Part shown: positions 1 to 24,508 of the stretch, piece by piece
How positions within the stretch are numbered: position 1 is the stretch's first letter
Layout: every line of letters starts with the position of its first letter
Assembly: GCA_038496445.1 (NCBI GenBank)
Contig: JALMLS010000370.1
Coordinates: forward strand, 124,001-188,000
From: Trichosphaerium sp. ATCC 40318
Taxonomy: Eukaryota > Protista > Tubulinea
Direction of reading: 5' to 3'
DNA length: 64,000 bases
Program-made: the position numbers and the translations under genes
Notes under the pieces: generated by a model
Told to the model about the DNA's origin: nothing
Databases searched by the model: none
Seen by the model: only the letters and a program-made list of their open reading frames with translations

Positions 1-1060
1 TGTACTATGCAAAATTAATGACAATTCAAAGATAATGTATACAAATAGTAATATTCCAATTAAATCCATCAATAACTCTAGATAGCAAATTTGGTCCAAT
101 CCATCCCCTAGTATTTTTACATTAAATGCCATTTTTTATGTTATTGTACCATTTTTTGTTAATGTTACCAACTGGTACCACTGCTGAGGCCATGGCATCA
201 TAAAAAGCATGTATAAAAGTGTTATTGGGCTCAAAATTCACTAAAACTCCATTGGTGGTATGAGCTTTTTTTTTATTGCTTTGTTTAACAACCACCTACA
301 ACAAATAACCAAATAATAGTTAAATATGAAAGTACTTTATTTAGCGAGTGTATTGGTTTGAGCAATATTTCATCCCAATCCAAATAAGTTCCACCATATT
401 TAAGTAACAAAGCAATTCTCCAAAGATCAGACTGAAAGGCTAAATGCAATTGCACACTTTGCCAAGTATTACTGTTAGTAGTAAAGTGATTTAACCATTT
501 CTTGTTTAAAGACAACAAGGAATGTTTATCCAATATTTGTTCATTGACATTTGGTAGTAATCTAAGTCGTGGGTCTTGATGTAAATTCAGTGCACCATCA
601 TTTTTGTTTCTAGTTTGTGATAAATAACATAAACTAATGCACCTCACCTCCAGCATGTGACTTTATGTTGTGGGTGGAAGCGGGCAGCAGCTTCAATTGC
701 ACACGCTGTTCTTGTTGATAATTGTTTGACACCTTAATACATTTAACACTTCACACACGTGAAATTCATACCCAAACAAACAAAATGAATTTGACGGGAG
801 TAATGCTCTTTCTCAGTAATAGACTATCACCGTTAGCTTTAAAAATGAAGCGTACGAACAATGGGTGTAAGGTATGAAGCGTTTTCCACACGCACGTAAG
901 TATGCGGTCTATAATCCAAATCACGAGCGTTTAGGATAGGCTGAATTGTAAAGAACACAATTACAGTACTCAACACAAGCAATCCAACAATGTTTCGCGT
1001 AGTTCCCTTTTACCAGTTAGACAGACCACCAAAATATCCTCACACCTTGCTGCAACGCAT
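1..1060 (-). CDS. GT32-family (DXD) alpha-1,4-glycosyltransferase, type II membrane protein; 3' end runs off the window
   Basis: Spliced N-terminus MRCSK|GTTRNIVGLLVLSTVIVFFTIQ (signal anchor). Motifs RTACAIEAAARFHP, SDLWRIALLLKYGGTYLDWD and GWIGPNLLSRV. Confidence 0.85.
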
Positions 1061-1190
1061 AGAACAACAGGCGCCAGTTCAAATAAACACGTGTTTTGAC
1101 TGAGACGGTCACAATAGCAACTTAAGCGCTAAATAGCTAAATATTTTTTTACAAATTTATACAAAAGCTTCTATCACAGATTTGATGAAC

Positions 1191-2075
1191 CTACGGTATT
1201 GTGTAGGTTGTAAAAAACTCAATCTCTGTGTTTCGTCGGCCTATTGTCGCTGGTCTGTTTCCTAAGGAAACTCCTGGCGTATTAGTGCGCTTTAAACGCC
1301 TTGGGCTACTCTGAAATTCTCCAATTTCATTTTTGTGAGAGCTGGGGGACAAGATTTGCGGTGGTTTAAGGCCAGAAATCGTTTCATCACCAAACATCCT
1401 GAAAGTGCTTTGACGGCCTAGCACTGTCTCAGTTGCCTTTGGCACAATGCCCAGTCCTAACGAGAAAAGTTGTTGCTTTGTCTCTGGCTCCTAGAAAAGG
1501 AGTTGGCACAAGTTGATTGGCAGAGATAACGTGCCGTTTCACCATTTTCTTGCAGCTCGATATCGCTGTCACTACTTGTGTACCCTCCTATGGGTATCTC
1601 AACCTCCTTTGTTGGGTTAACTTGAATGGATGACGTCGATACACTCAAAATCCAAAAAAGAATCATGTACCAACATAATTTCGTCTTCAGAGCTGCTGCT
1701 GTAACTATCCTGCACGTCCCCGGTTACTTCAAAGTTCTAAATTCGGATAGTGAGCTTTCGGATTTTGATGGCAAACTGGATAACGAGCAAAATAGCTATG
1801 CACCATTTCTTCGTCGGAAACATCGCTTGATGAATCATCAGCGGCGTGGTAACAGCTGCGCAATAACGATTGGCCAAAATGTAACTTTTTGTGCGTTGAT
1901 TGTTCTGTAACTGATTGTAAGTAACCTCACATTGTTGTTGCATGCACGAACCTCCGCCGTTACCGATTATGAGAACTTTTCTGTTAAATCTCACGCCCAC
2001 ATTGGATTTAGAAGGTCTTGCACCCGCTGCGCGCATACAAGGACGTATTGATACTAATCGCATTATGAAAATCAA
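1191..2075 (-). CDS. Hypothetical Ser/acidic low-complexity protein or degenerate gene; structure unresolved
   Basis: Chain of minus-strand frames with repeated acidic Ser motifs (DDSSSDVSDEE, SYSSSSEDE, YTSSDSDIE). No recognisable domain and no clean splice model. Confidence 0.3.
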
Positions 2076-2352
2076 AATAGAAGCGAAATGTTCTAAAAAA
2101 AAATGCCAAAAACACTACATACGCATAGAACTGCTCATGTTGTACTAATAATACTATTGCCTGCGCTCAGGCAATCGCCATGGCCAGTGTTGTGAGAATG
2201 ATGTAGACCTGGTTAAGGCAATCTACCACACCTACAGTTCACCAAAAAAAGCTTACAAATTGTCAGGATTTGGTATAAAAACGTAGCGAGCGCTACATTG
2301 GTATGACAACTTCGATCAATTCTATCGAGACACGCAAATTGGCTTCTAGCTA

Positions 2353-15132
<12,780 letters not shown>

Positions 15133-15265
15133 TTTTTGTAAATAAGAAAAAAGTGCTTTACCACACCAAACCCATCAAGTATCAGTATGTATTTATTTAC
15201 AAACAACCAACTGCACAAGCGCTTTGAATGAAAACCTTTTGTGCTTAAAAACTATTTGCCAATCT

Positions 15266-17072
15266 CTAGTTGTAAATGTCCTGGCCAATACTTTGCGCGG
15301 CATCATGTGCGACTGCCTGCACTGTAGGATACTCAAAAGGTACTGGCTGTTGAAATCCTTGTTGTTGCCCAACACGCGTTAAAGTGTGTTGACCGTCAGG
15401 ATTGGCGCCTGGTGCGTGGCCGTGTTGCTCGATGGCGGTATTCCAAAAATTGCAGTCATCCGTTTCTATAATGTACTTGGAAAATAGGGCGTGTTCCTCT
15501 CCCTCAGGCGGTGTTTGGCCCACAGCCTCGAAGGTCAGTGAACAAATCCCAGATTCGCCTACTGTGTATGGGAAAGATACGACTGGACTCACAGGTGACT
15601 TTGCAACGATGAGTCTCCGAACGCTTGACGACAAACCAGGGAATAGTCCTAATTCTAAATTGGCATACCACAAAAAATTACGAGGCGTGTATCTTACCTT
15701 GGTGGTAGTCCACAACTAGTCTAGTGTTCACGCAATGAGACCATAGTGTACCCAAAGCAGCGGTCACTCCTGGAGCCTGTTGTGCTAAATGTGCCTCTAC
15801 AAACGCAACAAAGTTGAGAAGAGGTACAAGAAAACAAAATTTATCAAATAGAGTGAAAACAGTTAGTACCTTGAAAGTCCCAGTGAACTGATGTCCGCTT
15901 GGATGTCACTTGGTTAACGACAACCACTGGTATGTTGAAAGCTTCCGCGTAGTACTTTAACTTGGCAGCAGCCTGACTAAGATAACTCTGACGTTTTGCA
16001 ATCTGCTGTGATCCTTAATTTGCCACCAAATACATGTCAGAGTTCACGAACGTGTTGTAGTGAGTACCGTATTCCTTTCTGACGAGTGAGGCGATGGAAT
16101 CTACAATAACCAAGCGAATGTCTTCCTCTATAATGAGCTCTTCAAGTGAATCAGTCTCTCGTGTGCCCACTAGCCTGTTGAGGGTCAATATGAGGCCATG
16201 CACGGATTGTTACATTAGGTTTTCACAAATAAAAGGTTACACAGAGATGAGATAGTATCAAATAACAATACTAGTCAATCAAATCCTGTGAGATAAAACT
16301 AACTACGTACAGGTCTAAAAATTGAGTGGCAGTTTCTACATCTCGCTTTACTAATACGCGCGTTGCCATCTCAACTTTTGTAGCATCAGACGTCAATTTA
16401 TCCGGGTAAAGCGATTGGGCTATTTGCATCAAGCGCTCAGCCGAGAAAGTTTGTTCCATGTCTATGTAGTATACTCGGCCTGGCAACTCATCTAAACGTT
16501 TCGTTTTACACTTGTATAAGATATATAGTAAACCGGTGTGCAAGTACCTGAATGTGATGGTAAACATGCCGTCGCTGCTATCATGTGACAAAACTGAGTC
16601 TTGCCAGCACCGGCTGGTCCAACTATCTGGAGCGATATGAGCAAAATCAAGTGAACGTCAGTGCAATTACCTCTGTAACCGATCCTGACGGTACGCCTCC
16701 ACGTAAATACGCGTCAAGTGGAGGTATTGATGTAGATAGGCGCCCTTCTTCTCTATTCTGAAGCACTTGGAGAATCTTTGGTTGAAGTTAACGTCGCTAT
16801 CGCAGGTTGTGTCTTAATTACCGTTGTTGGTTCATTGATTACATTTTGGCTGACTTTATCAACTATATCTAACACCAGTGCGTGTGGCAAGTTTAAATCA
16901 GTCAACAGTTCAAGTGTAGACTTTTCTAGCACATCCTAGGTTATAACTAAGCTTTGTTATTCTCAGTATTTTGTGTTACCCTGCAATCATTGTAATTACG
17001 CTTTGAAAACCTTTCCAGTACTTCATCGCTCCATTTATCAACTTTTCGTAGACTGCGTACGTTTTGTAGCAT
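15266..17072 (-). CDS. RAD51B: RAD51 paralogue B
   Basis: GVPSGSVTEIVGPAGAGKTQ (Walker A), VYYIDMEQTFSAERL, IRLVIVDSIASLVRKEY (Walker B), PVVVVNQVT, TAALGTLWSHCVNTRL and IVAKSPVSP. Confidence 0.9.
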
Positions 17073-17205
17073 GGTTTGTTGAATGTAGACCTTATTTGAC
17101 TTTTTATTTTTTTGTGACTTTATAAAAAGACAAACGTTACACTTTAAAAATGGCCACTTGATGGGTTTTATTTACATTTGTTGGTGGATTAGGAAGTAGT
17201 CGAAT

Positions 17206-20200
17206 TCAAACCGCTAAATCCAAAGCCTTGCACAAGTACGTGAGAAAAGAAAAAAAACAAGTTTGTGCTGTACCTTTTTGAGCTGTTGGAGTACTTTTGC
17301 GTACCCGCAAACATCTGAAAGTGCACCGTCACGAACACTTGTACGAACTTTGTTAAGACCAACCACTATTAGGCCAAATATCTTTATCGTGGCTTGCTTA
17401 ATTTGTTCTAGTTTCGCCAGTTGTGTTTCGCTCAACTCTTGAGGAGCTGAGGAACGTGCTTCTAATCGCGATAAATCCCAAACTTTGTTAGGATCCGAGG
17501 CTGCTAACATCTACGACAAGTCCAGTAAGATATAGGAACTCCGTTTTGACGTGTATAGGCGGTACCTTTTGCATTATAGAGGCAACACGACTAAGACGCA
17601 CAATAGCCGTCATAGCTTTTTCAGTGAGTGCACTTTTAGAGTACACCTTTACCTTTACAATGATTTGGTTGATAGCAGCTTCACAGCCCCTCTTCACTGC
17701 GAACAGCATGGAATCGCTAGCTCGTTTTTTCTTCATTGCCACCTCTGGTAGGCGTGTTGATTTGGTTTTGACAGGTGCTTTAGGTTTATTAGCTGCATCA
17801 ATACTTGACGCAGGTCCTTTCAACAGCCTATGAATAAGGAACACTAGGCGACCAATAGACTTGGCAGCTTGCATCTGTTTACCCTTAAACACCTAAATGA
17901 TCCAAAGTTACTATACGGTTAAATGGAGGGAGAGAGTCGTACTTCATTGAGCTGGGCGATAAGAGATTGACCACAGAACGTACTTATCTCATCGAGAAGC
18001 GTAGTTGTAATGGCACAGATAGACTCGTACTTCTTCTGAGACTCTGTAGGAACGCCTTTATTAGGTGGCAATACTACAACCTTTGGATCTGGAACTTGGT
18101 AGAGTCTTGTTCGCGATGTTTTGATCAGCTTGTAGAAATGTATGTAAGCTGTAAAGTAGTATACATGAGCCACGAACCTTGGTAACTGTGCGAGTAACCT
18201 TGGCAAGCACAACTACCTGCGCCAGTCCTAGGTTAGGTAGAGAGGCCTACAACAATGTTATGTCTGGTGTTACGTAATATTAAGGTTGTTCAAAACACAA
18301 AAGGGATATAGATATGCTAGTAGGCTGTTCCAAAACCATGCTGATAAAAACCAAAAGAATGAATAAATACCTTTAGCTTAATAGCATATGTCAGTATTTC
18401 TTTGACTTTGCTAGAGCTCGTCTTGATAATTGCAGAAAACTCAGTCACGTCCAAAGCTGCGGGCGCTGAAATTTTGAAAATGCGTTCAATCAACTATTTT
18501 TAAACCAAAGTTACTACAAGTTACCAAAACCTCATAACGACGCACGTCATCTACTGCCTTTATGGCTCGTATGAATCTGATACATTGATGGGAATAATAA
18601 GACGGCTCAGCCTTCTTCAAATCTTCTTCTAGTTTATCAGTTGCACTATGTCAAAACGGTAAATCCCCCACATTCAACAAGTGGTAAACACGAACGTTTT
18701 TATGTCTTCGTGAACAGATTCTAAGCACTTGGCCACAGCAGCCACCAGTCCTTTGAATTTTGGGTTGGCTCTGTTGTTAGATAGCTGACGTGCAGTAAGG
18801 TTGGTAAGGTCTTGCTCAGTAATATCTTCAACTAGTGGCAGATTATTTACTTTCTACAAAGGCACCGGTTAGCTTGCAAACTCCCTTTTTTGAATAAAGT
18901 ACAGCTAATTTAAGTAGCCTAGCCAACTCACCTTTTTAATCCAAAGTACACATCGAGAGAGTGTAGCCACTGCACGTATCGACCCAATAGCGGCCAATTC
19001 CATAAGATAGGGTTTAAGCAATGCTAATTTGTCACTTATCTTTGCAGCTTCCTTGAGGTTGTATACTGTTACTTATCTTGCAAAACAAAACAATTTCAAA
19101 ACGTTAAATGCTCCAAAAACACAAATAATTACCTCATCGGCTTTAGCCTTTAGCTTGATGACATAAGGCTCAGCGTCTACCTTGATAGAAGAATCTATCT
19201 GCATCTTGGTGACTTGCATAGTGCCATGTGCTTTCACGAGGCTACTGGCATCAGTATCAACGCCAACAGGCATTCGCCGCTCTTTGGGTGGTGGCACTCT
19301 TGCGGACATACTGCCGCTGTGTTGTAATTGGCGTCTTGGCGCAAAACTGTCAAACTCTGCTCCTTTGCCAATATTAGTACTAGCACTCTAATCTATTTAA
19401 GTTTTGCAAGCGTACTCTTGGCATTTGCTTTTATCTTCGGTACAGCAGCTGACTGAAATCTTTGTCTTGGATTCTCTGGTTTGTGATCTGAAGATGAGCT
19501 GGAAGTTTCGCTGTCCACCGGTTCTTCTTCAGTAATGCTGAATACAACTTCTGGAATTGCTTCCGCCAACTTTTGAACCACCATATCAACTGCAGGAGAT
19601 CGCTCTACACGTGTCTGCGGCGCTTCCTCGGCTGGAGGATTAGGCGTCTCATCAGAGGTAGTACTGTCACTTTCAACCACTTGCACTTCCACATTAACGC
19701 TCGGATCCTTCGGCAGTGTAGGTATTTCTACTACCTCTTGTGGCACTGGAGGTTTCGCTGTAGGTGGTTTATCCGCTTGGAACATAGGATTGTGGAAGCC
19801 TGAGCCTTCTGCCATCTTGGGCGTAGACACACCTGATTCACTATCACTGACAGGCAATTCTTTAACTTGCACTGGTAGTGAGACCGCTTCAGGTACAGAT
19901 TCCTTGGATTTCTTGTTCTTTTTATCTCGTTTTTTCTTGGCTTTTTTCTTGTCACGCTTCTTGTCTCGCTTATCTCGCCTGTCTACACTACGTTTCCGTT
20001 TCTTAGTACGCTCAATGGCTATTGTTTCAACTGGTTTCGGAGGTTTAGGCTGTGGAGGGGCAACCTCTCGGTCACCACCTTGTGCTATCTCATTGAGTAG
20101 GTCCTTTATACTTTTGATAAGAACAGCTCTTTCACTCAACTCGTTGTTATCCATCGTGTCAATAACGTTTTTGATCTTATCAATTTGACTAGAAACCTCT

Positions 20201-22238
20201 CTGAAAGATATCGCTGCGACCATAAAGTGGGCCTAAATTTGTTCGTTACATTAAATAGAACACGCTGGTTGTACTTTGGCATCCAGGATCTCATTGGCGG
20301 AGCTGACAGGTGCCCTGTTCGCTAGCATGCCAACAGATAGTTTTTTTCGCTCCATAAGCGCATGGTCGCTGTCCTGCCTGCTTGACAACTGGCGTGCCAC
20401 CGTCTTGAACAGCTCGTTCACTTTCATTAGTTCCATGGCTGTTGTGAACGATCCCAAGTCTCCGTATACTAAAGCCAAGGGTGTTAAGGAAATGGTTGCG
20501 GTTAAAAACTAGTGTGTTGTTACCTCGAGTAATGAACTCTTCAATCACTGACAGATTTGCCAAAATATCCTTACACATTGTCAGGATATCAAGAAAACCT
20601 TACTACTGAGCGTACCTCACGGAACTTGCGAGATTCGCTATTTTGAGTGGATGACTCCTCCATTGAAGGGAAATTGAAGTCCTGTAACTCAGCTGCGAGT
20701 TCATTGAGATGCTCAAGTTGCTCTTCAATGTCAGAAGTGCCATCTAACATGAGCATTGTATCAACTGAGGCATTATCACCTAATAATGATGTTTGAATGA
20801 AAACACGAAACAAGAATTGTATTTGCGAGTATTGTAGGTACCTGAGCCCATTGCAGCCGCAAGTAATTCAGCGCTAGTTTGCGTATTGGATTCATCTTTT
20901 TGAGCAGGGGATGGCGCAACATCTTCTAAGACAGCAAATGACACTTTGTGACCCTACAATTAAATGGTCAAATCAATATTGATTCCCTTTATTGTGCAAA
21001 CGAACGAGTTGTTTTGGAGGCGCCGCTGCTTCTGCTATGCCCTTCTTCTTTCCCTTTTAGGTACTGATTAGATAAACCCACATAGTGCATTTTTAATGGT
21101 GTACCAAACGAACAGATTGTCTGAATCTTGATCCAATACTGTGCCTACGAGATTTTCGTTTTGGAGTCGGTGCAGTATTGCGTGCGCTCCCCTCAAAGTG
21201 TATGGCAAGCTTTGCAACTATTAATAAAAAACATTTTGGCGCTATCAATAAAAAAGAAGGAACGTACCTCCTGCGGTACGATTGTGTCACCAAAGAAATA
21301 TTCAACTTTTTCAATGAGCAACTGCACAACCCCATTTGCACTTATACTATCCTGAATGATCGTTTCGACATCGCCAGCAAACGATCTAAGCAAACTTGGT
21401 GCAAATACTATGGCTAAATTGGCAGAGTCCATCATGTTGAGCCTGAGTGTAATTAATTAATATCAATTCAATGCTAAACTTGCAACAAAGCGTACTCCTT
21501 CACACCGTGAACCAAACTTAATAGTTTGAGAACCATGTATAGGCTCCTTGAATGACCTGCAAATATTAAATAAAAATCCGTATGAGTTAGAAGGCTACGC
21601 ACCACTTGGTAGGTTTTCTATAAGGCGTTTAATGGCTTGATTTCTCTGTGCCCTATTTACTATTTCTATCACGTGACGTATTAGCGACACGCATTATATT
21701 CGACTGGAGTACCCCATGAGCTGATAAACCCATCATAGAGATCGAATGTAATGAGAGGTTCCTAGACAAAACGTGTAAGGCCATACGCAATTATGACGGT
21801 TGTAATAATAAGATAATTATATAAAAACCGTTAATCGTACCGGCAACTCCCTTATCCACATCTTCAATACGCCCGCAACAACGTGCACACGCGCTTTGGC
21901 TTCAAGGAAATTTGGTCTGCCGCCTTGGTTTTGTGAGTATTCAGAAAAAAAGACATGCAACGTTTAAAAACCGCTTACCATGTTGATAAACCTTCTTATA
22001 TTCCTGTATTTGTTTGAAATTACCAGGGATACGAAACATGCCTCTTGTGGCAACTAAATATGTGACGATCAATACGCTAGTTACTAACTACATTGGGCGT
22101 ACCCTTTGGAATTAAGAACGCCACAGTATCCTCCAAAGGCGCTGGAAGGATAGGCGACTGGGGGTCTAGCCGAGAGCCAAATACCTTCCCCCTCCCATAT
22201 TCATCCTCTTTAAACAACTTTTTGAACTTTTTAAACAT
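17206..22238 (-). CDS. RhoGAP protein with long helical and low-complexity C-terminal region
   Basis: GKVFGSRL, GMFRIPG (arginine finger), HVVAGVLKMWIRELP-EPLITF and NMMDSANLAIVFAPSLLR. Followed by a K-rich NLS-like tract, a P/E/S-rich linker and amphipathic helical blocks. Confidence 0.85.
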
Positions 22239-22420
22239 TGCACTACTACGGAACTCTCTGGCCGCTGTATTTTAACACTCACACGCGTAGAGTTTGTGTG
22301 GTATTACGGTAGTGCTTTCTTATTGTAAGGACAGCTTATTTATTCAATTAAGGCAAACGGAACCACTAATTGGTGTTTGCAGCCTCTAACAGGTGTTTCA
22401 CGAGGTCTGACTCACTGTTC

Positions 22421-23025
22421 ATGGCGAAGCGCAATCGTTCCTACGATACGAGCGAAGTAATTCAAGGGATAAAGAAACAACGAAAGGAAACATCATGTTT
22501 GATAACTCTAGATGACGAAGAAGTGAAAGAACTGTTTGATTTATTAGACAAGGACAAAAACGGTTAGATGCTCGTTTTGGGAATCCCATATAACGCTGGT
22601 ACCAGGCAAAATTACTTGGGTGGAAATTGAGGCGTCAATGAAGGCAGTGGGTATGGATTGCGACGAAACTGAAGCAAAACGCATGATAGCCACCATAGAT
22701 ACAAATAGTATGCACTAGCGTTGCACGTGTCACTTACCTGCCCAACTTAGAGGATGGCATGATAGATGCGGATGAATTCAAGAAGCTTCTCACTGCTGAG
22801 CTAGAAAGCACTGAATTGACAGAACTGGAATTTGTCTTCAGCTTGTTTGACCGCACAGGGAAGGAACGACTAACGATAAAGGACTTGAAGGCAGCCGCGC
22901 AAGAGTTGAGAGAAGACGTAACAGACGCAGACCTAGCGAGCATGGTTTCTATTGCAGACAAAGATAACAAGGGCTATGTAACATCAGACGATTTTGTCAG
23001 CTTTATGTCGGCGCCTTGGACGTAG
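22421..23025 (+). CDS. Four-EF-hand centrin/calmodulin-like protein
   Basis: ELFDLLDKDKNG, IDTN-DGMIDADEF, FSLFDRTGKERLTIKDLK and ADKDNKGYVTSDDF; two introns. Confidence 0.88.
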
Positions 23026-23165
23026 TGTAGTGAGTGCAACCAAAAAGAGGAAAGAAGGTTTTTGTTTGACAATCAAAAGCGTAATTATCCAGTTGGAACC
23101 GAACTTGTATTTACCAAAAAAAATTGGTACAAAAAGTAAACTGGTTTTTGTAAGTCACAGTTCAA

Positions 23166-24162
23166 TTACTGCGTCTTCTTCTCTGTTTGAGCCTTTTTGG
23201 AGGAGTAGTTGCGGTAGTAGAATCCAAAGAAAAGCAACATGATGGTAAATACAGCATACCAGCCGAATGCAAGGGACCAGAATCCGTTAGGGTGGTTGCA
23301 CTTTCCGTAAAAGAGATTTGGGTACATCTAGCGACTGGTCAGCTGGTGAAAACAAAATAGAAAAAAAGAAATTGAGGCTGTAGCGTACCTTTGGGTATGC
23401 GCAGCCAACAAGCAAACCAATAAATTGAATGATTTGAATCTGAGTCAAGTACTTGCGCCACCAGAAACGGTAACCAAGTGTGGTCAATCCGTAGTACATG
23501 TACATGATGGTGTGGACAAATGTGTTAGCTACCATAGGTTCGTATACCATGTAGATACCCTACAAACGAGGAGTTAGTAGTGGTATTTCAAACAAACCCA
23601 AATTAAAAAAAAAAAAACAGTGTGCTTACAGTTTCCATTTGACTCCAACCAACAAAGGCCATGATAACGTGGTGGTACACGTGCAAGAAGATCAAGTCTT
23701 TTTGCTTAAGGACGAGGAAGAGAGTGTCAAACCATTCGTAGTACTTGCTCAAATAGAAAGAATACGACCAAAACGCGAGTGCGCCTTTAGCGTACTTGTT
23801 TTCTGGATCGCAATTCAAATATTCCCAACCTACGTTGATAGTGAGAATCGTAAAACCGAGCGTAAAAAGATGTGTAATTACTATTTTTACGCACCATCTT
23901 GTTTGTAGTATTTGACCAGTGTGACCAAGGTACCAACGAGCATTAGCAACGACCACAAGCTGAGGAAGATGTTGTGCAAGAAAAAGATGAATGTCAACTT
24001 CAATGGTTTGGTTCCCTTTAACAAGTATTGTAATCCGTACATCACCACCAAATAGCCAATACTGGCGTAGACAGGGAAGTAAAACGAAGCACCGAAGGTT
24101 GTTTCTTTGTTTAACTCCCAATTGTCGATGAAATCAACGACGACTGCAGTAGCGTTTTCCAT
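23166..24162 (-). CDS. ELO/GNS1-SUR4 fatty-acid elongase
   Basis: HNIFLSLWS, FYLSKYYEWFDTLFLVL, FLHVYHH (His box), NTFVHTIMYMYY and KYLTQIQIIQF; C-terminal KKTQ ER-retention-like end. Confidence 0.95.
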
Positions 24163-24508
24163 AGTGTATAGCCTTCATAGTATTAGTTACAGCTGTATTT
24201 GGCGAAGCAAAAAATAAGAAAAAGAACTAAATTGTTCTGTCTCTCGACCGCAGTAACAACTAGCGATATTGGGAACAAACTTACTGTTTTGTTACAGTGA
24301 GGAAGGGGATGGGAATGAAAGGTAAATCTGTAAATTGAGCCTAGTATACAATTTGTAAACCAGTGAACTGCCGCCCGAATGACTAAGTTTCAACACTCGA
24401 GTTGGAGAAAGATGTTGACAAATCAAGGGCTGTTTGTCTGTGAAAATTTAGGTACAGTTTGTTGACGCCCAAATAACACGAAAACTTTGTCATTAACGCC
24501 AACACATT

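Noticed and set aside
19573-20188. Plus-strand ORFs opposite the RhoGAP exon (similar cases at 39084-39505, 40744-41118, 48902-49169 and 58303-58599)
   Set aside because: They are shadow ORFs of low-complexity coding exons with no independent motifs.
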